Positions 45,427 through 56,337 of a stretch of 64,000 nucleotides of DNA are shown in pieces (within the stretch, counting starts at the first letter, position 1; the number at the start of each line of letters is the position of its first letter). Origin of the DNA: an uncultured Gammaproteobacteria bacterium (lineage in GTDB: Bacteria; Patescibacteriota; Patescibacteriia; UBA9934; GWF2-40-263); NCBI GenBank assembly GCA_964399675.1, contig CAYNRK010000002.1:46982-110981 (forward strand), given 5' to 3'. The notes beneath the pieces were generated by a model. The model searched no databases and was not told the origin of the DNA. It saw only the letters and a program-made list of their open reading frames with translations. The position numbers were made by a program, and so were the translations under genes.

Positions 45427-46862
45427 ACAGATGTTTTAAACAACTTACAAAAATCCCTTAAATCTTCCTTATTTATTGAGTTTGTTAAACGAAGCATAAC
45501 AAGATACGCAACCGCTGCTACAGGAATCACAAGTCCGTATCCGATAATTGGTTTTGCATAAATCGCCAACACAAGCATAACAAGACCGCTTACAATAATT
45601 CCCAAAAAGGATTTTGCAAGGGATGTGAATTTGAATGTTGGTATGATTTTTGGAATGAATATTGCGCCTGCGAAAAACATGAAAACAAAACTTACAATAG
45701 CGGCATAAACAGCTCCAACAAGACCAACTGTTGGAATCAAAATAAAATTCAAAATAACATTAATCACCATTGTGATTCCCATGATTGCTGTTTTTGTTGA
45801 TTGACGATTGGCAGCATTAAGAAGTGATCCAATTGGAAAATCAAGAAATAACGGGAACAGAACAAAAACAAGAAGCTGCAAAATTCGTGCAGACTCTGCG
45901 TACTCACCACCAGCAAGACTCACAACCTCTGGAGCAATTGCATAAAGTCCAAAAACAATTGGGGTTGCAATCAACATCATGTACCACATTGATCGTTCAA
46001 ACATGGAATGCAAGGCTTTCTTATCATTATCAACAACTGAACTAAGCCCGGGATACAGTGCGGCTACAAATGAAAGCGGGATAAATTGAAACGCGTATGT
46101 GAATTTGTATGCAACACTATAAATACCCAAAGCAATAACATCGAGAAATTTTGAAATAAAAATCGTATCAATATATGAATAAACTTTCATAAAGAGCGCG
46201 GCAAGCGCAAACGGGAATGCAATCTTCAAAAGTTTTTTAGTTGAACTCTTTTCAAGTTTAGGAATGATAATTTTGAAACCGAATTTTCTTGCCGACATTA
46301 AACCTGAGATTCCAACATTAACAACGCTCCCTAACATAAGAGCAATCATTAAAAAATACAGCGAAGGATGAAGCCAAAGAACCAAACCTCCGGCAGACAC
46401 AATGACCAATTGTCCAAAGAACATTCCCAAGGATTCATATCTTAACTTTTGGTGTCCTCTTAAAATGCCGTAGAAAAATAAATGTATTGCATCCAAAATA
46501 AGCACAAAGACTCCAATCCAAACAAGTTGTTGAATGATTGGTTCATAACCAAGTAAGGAGATTGTGATAATTGTTAAAACAGCACCAAGACCAACAAAGA
46601 GCAACTTTAATCCAAATGCTTTTCTTGCATAATCAACAGTTTCTTCCGGATGCTTTGCGATTTCTCTTACAATTACAGGCGTAATCCCAAAATCAGCAAC
46701 AACTGAAAAAATCATAATAAACGAGGTTGCCAAAAAATACATTCCGGTTTGCTCAGGCATCATGATCCGCGCCAGAAACAAAAAGTAGACAAAAGCCATT
46801 ATCTTTTGTCCAATAGCCGCAAAGGTTAAATAGAATGTATTTTTGGCTAGTTCATTGCCCAC
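45423..46862 (-). CDS. Wzx-type polysaccharide flippase
   Basis: LAKNT, DFGI...VREIA, D..FIS...GIYS.A; GTG 46862 follows TATAAT (start uncertain). Confidence 0.85.
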   Translation of the reverse strand: MGNELAKNTFYLTFAAIGQKIMAFVYFLFLARIMMPEQTGMYFLATSFIMIFSVVADFGITPVIVREIAKHPEETVDYARKAFGLKLLFVGLGAVLTIITISLLGYEPIIQQLVWIGVFVLILDAIHLFFYGILRGHQKLRYESLGMFFGQLVIVSAGGLVLWLHPSLYFLMIALMLGSVVNVGISGLMSARKFGFKIIIPKLEKSSTKKLLKIAFPFALAALFMKVYSYIDTIFISKFLDVIALGIYSVAYKFTYAFQFIPLSFVAALYPGLSSVVDNDKKALHSMFERSMWYMMLIATPIVFGLYAIAPEVVSLAGGEYAESARILQLLVFVLFPLFLDFPIGSLLNAANRQSTKTAIMGITMVINVILNFILIPTVGLVGAVYAAIVSFVFMFFAGAIFIPKIIPTFKFTSLAKSFLGIIVSGLVMLVLAIYAKPIIGYGLVIPVAAVAYLVMLRLTNSINKEDLRDFCKLFKTSV

Positions 46863-46912
46863 AGTGAGATTATTATACCAAAAATCCGAGGCTTTGTGCT
46901 CGGATTTTTTTA

Positions 46913-47317
46913 TTATCGTTTTGACCATTGTGGTGCACGTCTGGCACCTTTTTTTCCGTATTTTTTTCGTTCCTTAACACGTGCGTCTCGTTTAAGATAT
47001 CCTAAACGTTTTAGAGTTGTACGAAATTCTGGATTGAAATCTAGAAGCCCACGAGCAATACCTAACTGGATCGCGTCTGCCTGTCCATGAATTCCACCAC
47101 CCGCCACCTTAACGGTGATATCAAAAACGTTTTTAGTATCTGTAATATCAAGCGGTGCTACTGTTGATATTTGTAATGACAATACAGGGATGTGCTCTTC
47201 GAGCGTTTTATCATTCACAGTAATTTTTCCTGAACCACCTGAATGCAAACGAACACGCGCAACCGCACTCTTTCTGCGACCTATTGCCTCAATATATTTT
47301 GATCCTTCATCTGTCAT
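46913..47317 (-). CDS. rpsI: 30S ribosomal protein S9
   Basis: [18 protein letters not shown] and RRAPQWSKR. Confidence 0.97.
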   Translation of the reverse strand: MTDEGSKYIEAIGRRKSAVARVRLHSGGSGKITVNDKTLEEHIPVLSLQISTVAPLDITDTKNVFDITVKVAGGGIHGQADAIQLGIARGLLDFNPEFRTTLKRLGYLKRDARVKERKKYGKKGARRAPQWSKR

Positions 47318-47318
47318 A

Positions 47319-47678
47319 TTACTTTTCAACAACGAGCCGCTTCATGCGTTCGTTTCGTAATTTATTTTTTGGAAGCATTCGTGAAATTGCATCTTTAAGC
47401 ACTCCTGCCGGATCTCTTTCCATTCTTTTTTCAAGCTTTTCTTCCTTAAGACCACCAGCATAACCAGAGTGTCGGTAATAAGTCTTCTGAGCCAATTTCT
47501 TTCCGGTCCAAGCCACTTTGGCAGCATTTAATACTTGCACATGATCACCACCATCAATATTTGGAGTGTAGTCTGGCTTGTGCTTACCAATTAAAAGTCT
47601 TGCAACTTCTGTTGCAATTCTGCCCGGTGCTTTTCCTTCAGCATCAATCGTATGAATGTCTCGAGTAATCTTTTTCAT
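47319..47678 (-). CDS. rplM: 50S ribosomal protein L13
   Basis: [21 protein letters not shown] and MLPKN. Confidence 0.96.
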   Translation of the reverse strand: MKKITRDIHTIDAEGKAPGRIATEVARLLIGKHKPDYTPNIDGGDHVQVLNAAKVAWTGKKLAQKTYYRHSGYAGGLKEEKLEKRMERDPAGVLKDAISRMLPKNKLRNERMKRLVVEK

Positions 47679-47696
47679 ATCTAATTTTTTTCATAA

Positions 47697-47855
47697 TCCT
47701 CCGACGAACCCCCAGTACACCATCAACAGGTACGTTGTATAATTTCGCCAGCACGAGCGACAGCGAGTCTGCCGAAATTATACAACGTGACTGTCATCCA
47801 AAATCTCTACGAAGATTGCCGCGTCGGCCCGTCTGACGGGCCTCCTCGCAATGAC
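47697..47855. repeat. Inverted partial copy of the 240-bp repeat plus a REP-like unit
   Basis: Reverse complement of 11117-11220, then gattgccgcgtcggcccgtctgacgggcctcctcgcaatgac. Confidence 0.8.
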
Positions 47856-47864
47856 ACAACAACG

Positions 47865-48215
47865 TTAAACAAGTTCAATCTGAACCATTGGTGCGCCATC
47901 ACCTTTGCGCTCACCGATTTTTACAATTCGTGTATATCCACCTGGTCGTTCTTTGTATTTTGGTCCTAACACTTCGAGGATCTTGTTAACCGGGTGTTCT
48001 GTGTAAAAAACTTTCATCAAACTTCGTCTTGCTGCAAGAGTTGGTTCCTTCCCTGTTGTGATAGCTTTCTCAACAATCGGTCGAACTTCTTTTGCTTTTG
48101 CTTCAGTTGTCTTAACTTTTTCATACAAAATCACACTTGTTGCAAGACCTCTAAGCAAGGCTTTTCGTGAAGCCGTTTTTCTTCCAAGAATTCTTCCCTG
48201 CTTTCTATGACGCAT
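47865..48215 (-). CDS. rplQ: 50S ribosomal protein L17
   Basis: MRHRK, TTEAKAKE and RPGGYTRI. Confidence 0.97.
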   Translation of the reverse strand: MRHRKQGRILGRKTASRKALLRGLATSVILYEKVKTTEAKAKEVRPIVEKAITTGKEPTLAARRSLMKVFYTEHPVNKILEVLGPKYKERPGGYTRIVKIGERKGDGAPMVQIELV

Positions 48216-48217
48216 AA

Positions 48218-48970
48218 TTATTCTGAATCTTCTTCGTTAATGCTTTCTTCATTGGTCTCATTGGACATATCAGACCTATTGTCGTCTTCGGAATCTGAAA
48301 GAAGTGAGAAATAATCAATTAAAATTTTTGCAGATTGTTTAACCGCTTCTTCTGGAGTAATCGTTCCATCTGTTTCAATGGTCATTATAAGCTTGTCGTA
48401 GTTTGTTATTTCACCAACACGTGTATCTTCAACTCGATACCCAACGTTTCGAATTGGTGAAAACAAAGCATCAATTGAAATCGTTCCAATTGGATGATCT
48501 TCATTTGTGCGCTCTTCTGTTGGAGAATAACCTCTTCCTTTTTGAACTGTAATTTCCATTTCAAAATCCACGTCTGCTGTTTGTGTTGCAATCACTAAAT
48601 CCGGATTCACAATTTCCACATCAGCATTTGGAGCAATGTCCGCAGCTGTAATCGCCTTTACGCCTTTTGAACTCAGGTTAAGCACCACTGGCTCGTCTGT
48701 GTGCACCTTCATTCGAAGCGACTTAAGATTTAAAATGATTTCAAGAGCATCCTCTTTTACATTATCAACAGCCTGAAATTCATGCGTCACCCCCTTAAGT
48801 TTGACAGCTGTTACAGCTGCACCAGAAAGGGACGAAAGAAGAGCCCGGCGAAATGCATTGCCGAGTGTTGTTCCGTATCCATGAAAGCAAGGCTCCACTG
48901 TTAAAATACCAACAGTGGGCTTATCGCCTTCTTGAAAATGAATCTTTGATGGCAGAAGAATGTTATCCAT
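48218..48970 (-). CDS. rpoA: RNA polymerase alpha subunit (no CTD)
   Basis: GYGTTLGNAFRR.LLSS, HEF, GRGY and IDALFSPI. Confidence 0.95.
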   Translation of the reverse strand: MDNILLPSKIHFQEGDKPTVGILTVEPCFHGYGTTLGNAFRRALLSSLSGAAVTAVKLKGVTHEFQAVDNVKEDALEIILNLKSLRMKVHTDEPVVLNLSSKGVKAITAADIAPNADVEIVNPDLVIATQTADVDFEMEITVQKGRGYSPTEERTNEDHPIGTISIDALFSPIRNVGYRVEDTRVGEITNYDKLIMTIETDGTITPEEAVKQSAKILIDYFSLLSDSEDDNRSDMSNETNEESINEEDSE

Positions 48971-48986
48971 ACAATCTTCAAAAATA

Positions 48987-49601
48987 TTATTGAGAGTAAA
49001 ATTCTACGATGAATGTTGGATCAAAAACTTGATCCAAGTCTTCGTTTTTGGGAATTGATGTAACCTTTCCAACCAATGCTTTCTGATCAAGTGCCAACCA
49101 TTTTGGCAATTGACTATCTTTTAGTGTTTCAGGAATCTGCTTAACTATTCGCTTCTCTTGCTTTGATTCCTTAATACTAATTTCATCACCGATCTTGACT
49201 GTGAATGATGGGATGTCTACATGCTTACCATTTACCAAAATAAAACCGTGACTTACAAGCTGTCGAGCTTGACGTCGAGTCTTGGCAAATCCAAGTCTGA
49301 AAACTGTGTTATCTAAACGCATCTCAAGCAATTGAACCAAAACTGTGCTGGTATTGCCTTCTTTGCGAGCAGCTTTTTCAAAATAATTTCGAAACTGTCG
49401 CTCCATTACACCGTAAATTGCTTTTGCTTTTTGCTTTTCAATCAACTGCTCTCCATAAGATGACAAACGCTTTCTTCTGCGGGCATTCTTTGGACCATGA
49501 ATTCCAGGTGGATATGGCCGACGTCGAACATACTTCTCTTTTCCAAGAGTGATACCAAGTCGCCGTGAGAGCTTTACAATTGGAGTTTGATTCTTTCCCA
49601 T
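48987..49601 (-). CDS. rpsD: 30S ribosomal protein S4
   Basis: YGEQLIEKQK, LEMRLDN.VFR and ARQLVSHG. Confidence 0.97.
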   Translation of the reverse strand: MGKNQTPIVKLSRRLGITLGKEKYVRRRPYPPGIHGPKNARRRKRLSSYGEQLIEKQKAKAIYGVMERQFRNYFEKAARKEGNTSTVLVQLLEMRLDNTVFRLGFAKTRRQARQLVSHGFILVNGKHVDIPSFTVKIGDEISIKESKQEKRIVKQIPETLKDSQLPKWLALDQKALVGKVTSIPKNEDLDQVFDPTFIVEFYSQ

Positions 49602-49604
49602 ATA

Positions 49605-50000
49605 TTAAACGCGTCGTACTTTCTTAGGTCGACAACCATTGTGCGGAAGTGGAGTAACATCTTTAATCGAGAGCACATGAAATCCATTTGCATTCAAAGC
49701 TCGAACAGCAGAATCTCGTCCTGATCCAACTCCCTTTACAAAAACATTAAGTTCTTTTAATCCACTTTCTTTTACACGCTCGGTTGCAGTTCTAACAATA
49801 ATACTTGCTGCATACGGCGTTGCTTTTTTTGGGCCTTTAAATCCACAGTTCCCAGCGCTAGACCATGCAAGTGCGTTTCCATTAAGATCAGTAAATGTAA
49901 CAATCGTATTGTTGTACGTTGCTTGTATATATGCGCAGCCTTGTGAAACCTGACGCATTGCTTTTTTCTTCTTTTTGGATTTGGATTTCTGAACAGCCAT
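49605..50000 (-). CDS. rpsK: 30S ribosomal protein S11
   Basis: NNTIVT, TPYAA and DVTPLPHNGCRP. Confidence 0.97.
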   Translation of the reverse strand: MAVQKSKSKKKKKAMRQVSQGCAYIQATYNNTIVTFTDLNGNALAWSSAGNCGFKGPKKATPYAASIIVRTATERVKESGLKELNVFVKGVGSGRDSAVRALNANGFHVLSIKDVTPLPHNGCRPKKVRRV

Positions 50001-50001
50001 A

Positions 50002-50388
50002 TTATGTCTTGGTCAAAGCCCTTCGACCACTACCTGTTGTTCTACGAACATTTCCTCGAACAGTTCTTGAATTTGTTTTAGTTCTCTGACCCCTAACTGG
50101 TAATCGTTTTTTGTGTCGATTGCCTCGATGAGAAGAAACTTCTTTCAATCGCTTAATGTTTGAGAGAACATCTCGTCTAAGATCACCTTCCATTCGATTT
50201 TCCTTTTCTAAAATTTCACGGATCTTTTTCACCTGATCTTCATTCAGATCCTTTGTACGAATATTCTCATCGACTCCTGCATCTTTAAGCGTTCTCTTTG
50301 AAACCTTTAATCCAACACCATAAATATACGTGAGTGCAATCACTATTCTTTTATCTGATGGAATTGTAACTCCAGCGATTCTTGCCAT
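50002..50388 (-). CDS. rpsM: 30S ribosomal protein S13
   Basis: MARIAGV and [11 protein letters not shown]. Confidence 0.97.
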   Translation of the reverse strand: MARIAGVTIPSDKRIVIALTYIYGVGLKVSKRTLKDAGVDENIRTKDLNEDQVKKIREILEKENRMEGDLRRDVLSNIKRLKEVSSHRGNRHKKRLPVRGQRTKTNSRTVRGNVRRTTGSGRRALTKT

Positions 50389-50398
50389 AGTTTTAAAC

Positions 50399-50512
50399 CT
50401 ACCCTTGCCTCTGTTTATGACGTGGATTCTTACAAATAACAACGACTCGACCTTTACGCCGAATCACTTTGCAGTCACGACAAATTTTTTTTGCAGATGC
50501 ACGCACTTTCAT
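50399..50512 (-). CDS. rpmJ: 50S ribosomal protein L36 (not in ORF track)
   Basis: Manual translation [37 protein letters not shown]. Confidence 0.95.
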   Translation of the reverse strand: MKVRASAKKICRDCKVIRRKGRVVVICKNPRHKQRQG

Positions 50513-50544
50513 AACTCATAAAGACACCGAGCTAAGCTCGGTGA

Positions 50545-50769
50545 CTAAAACCGATAAACAACTCTACCTTTGGTTAAATCGTATGGACTGATTTCTAACT
50601 TGACATCATCACCCGGGAGAATTCGAATTCTGAATTTTCTCATGCGGCCGGACAAATGTCCTGTTATAATCTGACCATTTTCAAGTTTGATTTTGAAGTT
50701 AGCGGCAGGCAGAAGTTCTTCTACCGTGCCCCTCATCTCAATAAAATCCTTCGTTGACTTGTTACTCAT
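50545..50769 (-). CDS. infA: Translation initiation factor IF-1
   Basis: HLSGRMR...[18 protein letters not shown]. Confidence 0.97.
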   Translation of the reverse strand: MSNKSTKDFIEMRGTVEELLPAANFKIKLENGQIITGHLSGRMRKFRIRILPGDDVKLEISPYDLTKGRVVYRF

Positions 50770-50948
50770 AGTCGAATGATGACGGAATTCTAGCAGAGTT
50801 CAGCTAAAAAAGCAATAAAACGACGAATTTTGAGGCGCCGCCATTTTATGTTTTTTGTCAACTTCTGTCAAGAACACGTACGTGGATAAGATTTGATCAT
50901 CTTTTTAGCTAACATGAGCCAATTTAGATAATCTAAGTTTTATGTGAG

Positions 50949-52799
50949 TTATTTAAGTGTTGCTTTGATTCGTCGAATACCCGCCCCAACAGACTCTTCT
51001 TTCTTGATTTTAAAGTGTCCTAATTCCCCAGTTTTTTGCACATGCGGGCCACCACAAACTTCTTTGCTGTAATACTCCCCTGTTGCTTCATCGCCAATAA
51101 AATAAACTTTTATTTTGCCTCCAAGTTGTGCGTACTTATCATCAAACACTCCTACAGCATTGCGTTTTTTTGCTTGTTCAATATCTAGAATCTCTTGATG
51201 AACTGAAAAATCTTTTTTAATATTTTCGTTTACAATTTCTTCAACTTGCTTTTTTTGTTCATCAGTCATTTTTTCCGGATGAGAAAAATCAAACCGCAAA
51301 CGTTTTGGTGTAATGTTTGATCCTTTTTGAAACACATGATCACCGAGAACTGTTCGCAAAGCTTGAAGCAACATGTGTGTTGCTGTGTGCAACTTAACAG
51401 TATCTTCAGAATGATCAGCCAATCCGCCGGTAAACTTTTCAGTTGCACTTGCACGAGATAAGTCGCGGTGTTTTTTGAATTCAGTTTCAAATACTTTTCT
51501 ATCAACATCTTGACCTTTTTCTTTTGCCATTTCCTCAGTAAGTTCCAATGGGAATCCGTACGTTGAATACAACACAAAAGCATCTTCACCGGAAATCTTA
51601 TTATTTTTTTCAAACATCTTTTCAAACTCACGTTCACCTTTTGAAAGAGTTTTTTGAAATCTTTTTTCTTCACGATCCAGCTCTTCCAAAATACCGTCTT
51701 GTTTTTGAACAAGTTCTGGATAGGCGTTTTTGTAAGTCTTAATTACACATACTGCCAATGCATTACAAAACGATTCTGTTACACCAAGACCTTTTGCAAA
51801 ACGGATTGACCGACGTATAAGTCGACGAGAAAAATAACCCTGATCCTTATTTGAAGGCATTGCTCCATCTGCCATTAGAAATGTTGCAGCGCGCAAGTGG
51901 TCCAAAATAACTCGATAAGCTTTTGTTTGATCTGACTTTTGCCCATAACCTGTTCCGGATTTTTTTTCAAGAGTTTCACGCATCTCTTCAAACACATCAA
52001 TCTTAAAAATATCTGGATTGTCATTTACTGCTGCAAGCATTCGTTCAAGCCCTCCACCAAAATCAACATTCTTGTTTGGGAGTGGAGCGAATCCATCCTC
52101 AGTCTTTTGATACTCCATGAACACATTGTTCCCTATCTCCAAATAACGCCCACAATCGCAATTTACGTGGCACTCTTCATTTTTAAATTCAGAATTCTCG
52201 TGAAATAAATGTTGTTCGCCAAAGTCCCAAAAGATCTCTGAATCAGGTCCACCTGGCTCACCTACTGGCATATTCTCTGGAACTCCCGAACGCGACCACC
52301 AGTTTTTAGTTTCATCGTAGTAAAAGATTCGATCTTTTTCCGCATCAACTCCTACGTTTTGAAATTCTTTTTTCCAAAGCTCGGCCGACTCTTCATCGCG
52401 CGGGATTCCGAGTTTATCATTACCCTCAAAAACTGTGACGTATAGTCGATTGGGATCAAGCCCGAGTTCCTTTGTAACAAACTCAAAAATCCATGAAATT
52501 TGTTCTTGTTTGAAATAATCACCAAGAGACCAGTTTCCAAGCATTTCGAAAAACGTTGTGTGACGGTTGTCACCAACCTCATCAATATCTTGTGTACGAA
52601 AACACTTTTGAGAATTTGCTATTCGCTTTCCTTCTGAGTGCGGCTCACCAAGCAGATACGGAACAATTGGTTGCATTCCAGACCCGGTAAACAAAGTTGT
52701 TGGATCATTTTCCGGCAACAAAGAAGCCGAAGGAATAATCGCATGTCCTTTATCTTTGAAAAAATCTAAGTACTTTTGTCTAAGTTCATCAATGGTCAT
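50949..52799 (-). CDS. alaS: Alanine-tRNA ligase (short form without C-Ala domain)
   Basis: RHTTFFEMLGN, HTATH, EVCGGPHV; ends at GIRRIKA. Confidence 0.95.
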   Translation of the reverse strand: MTIDELRQKYLDFFKDKGHAIIPSASLLPENDPTTLFTGSGMQPIVPYLLGEPHSEGKRIANSQKCFRTQDIDEVGDNRHTTFFEMLGNWSLGDYFKQEQISWIFEFVTKELGLDPNRLYVTVFEGNDKLGIPRDEESAELWKKEFQNVGVDAEKDRIFYYDETKNWWSRSGVPENMPVGEPGGPDSEIFWDFGEQHLFHENSEFKNEECHVNCDCGRYLEIGNNVFMEYQKTEDGFAPLPNKNVDFGGGLERMLAAVNDNPDIFKIDVFEEMRETLEKKSGTGYGQKSDQTKAYRVILDHLRAATFLMADGAMPSNKDQGYFSRRLIRRSIRFAKGLGVTESFCNALAVCVIKTYKNAYPELVQKQDGILEELDREEKRFQKTLSKGEREFEKMFEKNNKISGEDAFVLYSTYGFPLELTEEMAKEKGQDVDRKVFETEFKKHRDLSRASATEKFTGGLADHSEDTVKLHTATHMLLQALRTVLGDHVFQKGSNITPKRLRFDFSHPEKMTDEQKKQVEEIVNENIKKDFSVHQEILDIEQAKKRNAVGVFDDKYAQLGGKIKVYFIGDEATGEYYSKEVCGGPHVQKTGELGHFKIKKEESVGAGIRRIKATLK

Positions 52800-52800
52800 A

Positions 52801-54420
52801 TTAAACAGGCCCATCCCCTTTTGAAATAACTTCATCAGGAGTTACCTTTCTTAGTATTTTACGTTGAATGGATTTAAGAAAAACATTTAGTTCTTCAGTT
52901 TTTAAACTATAAGCGATGATAACATACACAGCAAGTCCAAGTCCTCCTGCTATAAAACCCTGACTTAAAACCCCAAAAAAAGTTTCAAGAGAGATTACTG
53001 ATACAACAAATGGTTTTACTGTTTGCATTACAACACCTGCAGCAAGTCCAGCAACTGTCATTTTAAATAAAGATTGAGTGATCCTAAGTTCGTCAAGAGT
53101 TCCAATGCGCTGTCTGAGCAATACCCACAAAAGCAATGCATTTACAATTGCTGCAAGAGAGTATGCCATACCCAAACCTATTACACCAAAATAATCAGTA
53201 AATAAAAACGCACTAACAATCCCAACCAGTGTTGCAACCAAGCCGGCGATAAGCGGTGTGACTGTGTCGTGTAGTGCAAAGAACGCACGTGCAATCACAA
53301 ACACAAGCGCTTGCGGAACAAAAGTAAGTGCAAAAAATGCAAGTGTGTCTGCGGTTAGAACAGTAGCAGTCCAATCAAACGCACCAGCCCCAACAACAAC
53401 TCGTACAATCTGTGCGCGTAAAATTAAAAATAAAATCATCATTGGAATCATGAAAAAAAGTATTTGTCGAATTGTTGCTGAAAATGAAGTGACAAATTTT
53501 TTGATTTCATTTTTTTCCAAGTGCTCTGAAAATGAAGGAAACGCCGCAATGGCATAAGAAACTCCGATAATACCAACCGGGAAAAACTGAATGTTGTAAG
53601 CGAATTGAAAAACCGTAACACTTCCTACTGCCAACAAACTTGCCATAACAGTCAAAATCACAAACATGATTTGGTTTATGGCAATCCCAAGCATGCGCGG
53701 CCCTGTTAATTTCAATAGTTCTCGTGTGTCTTTATCTTTCCATTTAAAAGAAAACTCGTAATCATATCCAACTTTATAACAACCAAGATACTGAACAAAA
53801 AGATGCAAAAAGGCGCCAAAAACAACACCCCAGGCAAGACCTATTGGACCCATAATATCAACAAACCATAAAGCACCGATAATGATTCCAATGTTATAAA
53901 GAACCGGAGCAAGCGCATAAAGCGCAAAACGTTTCAGGCTTTGAAGAACAGATCCAAAAATCATTGAGCCAGCAAGCAGTATCTGAGCCAAAAGCATAAC
54001 CCGCGTAAAACTTGCTACACTTGCTTGTTTGATTGGATGAAAACCAGGAGCAATCAATTGTGAAAGAGGATTTGCAAACACAAAAAGAATAACAGAGATT
54101 ACAATCATGCTAATGCCGATAATATGCAAAGTATTGTTTGCAAACTTCCACGCTCTTTTTCTGGACTCTTTGTGAATGTAACTTTTTGTAAATAACGGAA
54201 TAAAGCTTGCCGAGAGCGCACCTACAACCAGAAGCGCAAATAAAAGATCCGGGATTTTAAAAGCCGCATAATAAATATCAAGTGTGTCCCCTGCTCCAAA
54301 TTCTCCGGCAAGGATTCTGTCTCTAACTAAACCAACAATCCGGCTGGCAAACGAAAGAACGCCGACCACAACGGCAGCGCCCACAATCGTTTTTGATTCT
54401 GCGTTTATAAACCTGAGCAT
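52801..54420 (-). CDS. murJ: Lipid II flippase MurJ
   Basis: SRIVGLVRD..LA..FGAG...D.Y.AAF.IPD; RAFFALHDT.TP. Confidence 0.93.
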   Translation of the reverse strand: MLRFINAESKTIVGAAVVVGVLSFASRIVGLVRDRILAGEFGAGDTLDIYYAAFKIPDLLFALLVVGALSASFIPLFTKSYIHKESRKRAWKFANNTLHIIGISMIVISVILFVFANPLSQLIAPGFHPIKQASVASFTRVMLLAQILLAGSMIFGSVLQSLKRFALYALAPVLYNIGIIIGALWFVDIMGPIGLAWGVVFGAFLHLFVQYLGCYKVGYDYEFSFKWKDKDTRELLKLTGPRMLGIAINQIMFVILTVMASLLAVGSVTVFQFAYNIQFFPVGIIGVSYAIAAFPSFSEHLEKNEIKKFVTSFSATIRQILFFMIPMMILFLILRAQIVRVVVGAGAFDWTATVLTADTLAFFALTFVPQALVFVIARAFFALHDTVTPLIAGLVATLVGIVSAFLFTDYFGVIGLGMAYSLAAIVNALLLWVLLRQRIGTLDELRITQSLFKMTVAGLAAGVVMQTVKPFVVSVISLETFFGVLSQGFIAGGLGLAVYVIIAYSLKTEELNVFLKSIQRKILRKVTPDEVISKGDGPV

Positions 54421-54426
54421 GCAATC

Positions 54427-55677
54427 TTATTCCTCTTTTACACGAACCTTTGTTGTTGGTTTTTTAGCAACTCGTTTTTTTGGCGCAGATTTTTTTTGAC
54501 TTGAAAAACTGATCTGGCTTTGTTGTTTTTTGCCAAGTGAGAAAATTATGTAAAAACCTATTAGCAAAAGAAACGCCAAAAGAACAATGGCTGAAACAAC
54601 GAGTTTATTTTGCAAAGAAAACAAAGGTATAAAAATCGTTGTTGAGTCTGTTGAGATATTTCCCTCATGATCGCGGATGGTTAAAAAGACCTTGTACGCA
54701 CCACTTTTTTCAAATGTGTGTGTCACGCTTGTTTGTCCGGATGTAACACCATCACCAAAATCCCATTCATAAACATACCCATCAACACGCTGGCCAATCA
54801 GATTAAATGTAAACGTGGTGTACCTGTCTTTTGAATAACTGAAAATTGCATTTGGAGAAAAAGAAATTCCAGCATCTTCGACCTCTTCGCCCAGGCTAAA
54901 GCCTGGGGCTACCTCTTCTTCCGTCTCTCCAACCTCTTGTACATCTTTTTTCAATTTCTGTGCAACTTCGTTTACGAGATCACTCAGAAGCGATTTAACA
55001 ACCTCTTTCTCAGATTTCTTTTCTGACTGCTTTTCTGGTTCTGGTTCTGGTTCGTGTTCAAACTTTAATGGATCAGTTGGATAAACATCATTTTTATCAT
55101 TTACCCCATCTCCGTCTGTGTCTTTTGATTTTGGATTTGTTCCAAGCTCTCTTTCAACATCATTAGTAAGACCATCATTGTCTGCATCATCATCACAAAC
55201 ATCACCCAAACCATCTGAGTCAAAATCTCCTTGATTTGCATTGGCATTTACCGGACAGTTATCAAGATCATTAACAATACCATCTCGGTCATCGTCAATA
55301 AGCGGAGTAAAGATTCCGGTAATAGCAACGTTGTTTTCAAAGTTCATGTCTTCTGGATCAGTGCCACGAATTTCTGCACGAATATTAAAATCACCTGATG
55401 GCACAACAAAATCAACATAGACTTCTTCCGGATTACCACCTGCAACAACTGAAATCACTTGCGAGTCTCCAATTGGTACTGTGCCTTGAAAAAAAGTTAC
55501 ATATCCAGCAACATCCAAATCGCCAATATTTTTCACAGCTCCATAAATACGAACTGTCTCGCCTGCAACTAAATCAGATTTAAAACGTATGTCACTTGCA
55601 TTAATCATCAAATCTGCATCTACTGCTAAGGCAGACAACGGAGTTATAATTAAAATTAGTGCGACAAGATATTTCAT
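54427..55677 (-). CDS. Surface protein with CARDB-like, thrombospondin type-3 Ca-binding and PKD domains and a C-terminal TM
   Basis: DDDRDGIVNDLDNCP...DSDGLGDVCD; YEWDFGDG...THTF. Confidence 0.8.
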   Translation of the reverse strand: MKYLVALILIITPLSALAVDADLMINASDIRFKSDLVAGETVRIYGAVKNIGDLDVAGYVTFFQGTVPIGDSQVISVVAGGNPEEVYVDFVVPSGDFNIRAEIRGTDPEDMNFENNVAITGIFTPLIDDDRDGIVNDLDNCPVNANANQGDFDSDGLGDVCDDDADNDGLTNDVERELGTNPKSKDTDGDGVNDKNDVYPTDPLKFEHEPEPEPEKQSEKKSEKEVVKSLLSDLVNEVAQKLKKDVQEVGETEEEVAPGFSLGEEVEDAGISFSPNAIFSYSKDRYTTFTFNLIGQRVDGYVYEWDFGDGVTSGQTSVTHTFEKSGAYKVFLTIRDHEGNISTDSTTIFIPLFSLQNKLVVSAIVLLAFLLLIGFYIIFSLGKKQQSQISFSSQKKSAPKKRVAKKPTTKVRVKEE

Positions 55678-56234
55678 AAAATAAGCGAGACTGTGTCTCC
55701 TGTGTGAACCCAACTCTCTGCTGCCTCATCTGAGGTTAAATCTAGTTGAAGAGAATAACTTGGATGAACTCTAACTGTTACATGATCAATTTTTGTGTCT
55801 GAAGGTTCGTGAACAAGTCCAACAACTTGATGATGCTTAAGACCAAAATGTTTAGCATGCTGAGGATTGCAGTGTAGATGTCTTATTGGAATTATTACTG
55901 CTGAAGTTGCTTTTAATTCACCTTTTGGACCTTTAAGTTTGCAAGAGCCTGATCTAGTCAAATCACCGGACAATCTTACAGGCACATCTATTCCCAAAGC
56001 ATATGCATCTGTTGCTGAAAGTTCAACTTGAGTTTTTTCTCTACACGAACCAACTACGCGCACTGATTCAAATTCACCTTCTGGTCCCTGAACAGTTAAG
56101 GTTTCTTCATAAACCACATGACCTTTGTGATTTGCATTTTGCTTTGTAACAAGTTCTGTTGTGTTGAAAAGTTTTTTACAGTCTTTTTCGGACAAGTGAA
56201 CATGTCGATTTTGCACGCAAACAGGAATCTTCAT
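55674..56234 (-). CDS. PduL-family phosphate acyltransferase
   Basis: NRHVHLS, TQVELS.TDA..LGI..PVRLSGD and RHLH. Confidence 0.85.
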   Translation of the reverse strand: MKIPVCVQNRHVHLSEKDCKKLFNTTELVTKQNANHKGHVVYEETLTVQGPEGEFESVRVVGSCREKTQVELSATDAYALGIDVPVRLSGDLTRSGSCKLKGPKGELKATSAVIIPIRHLHCNPQHAKHFGLKHHQVVGLVHEPSDTKIDHVTVRVHPSYSLQLDLTSDEAAESWVHTGDTVSLIL

Positions 56235-56252
56235 AATTTTGAAAGCTGATGC

Positions 56253-56337
56253 ATAGAAATCAGTGGAAATATATAGAAATAAAGTTGTAGTCAACCTATT
56301 TCTACTTATTTCAATTAGTTTCCATTTATTTCAATCT
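56253..56337. repeat. Inverted array of ~10-nt TAGAAAT-like units, copy 2
   Basis: tagaaatcag/tggaaatata/tagaaataaa...tatttctact/tatttcaatt. Confidence 0.6.
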
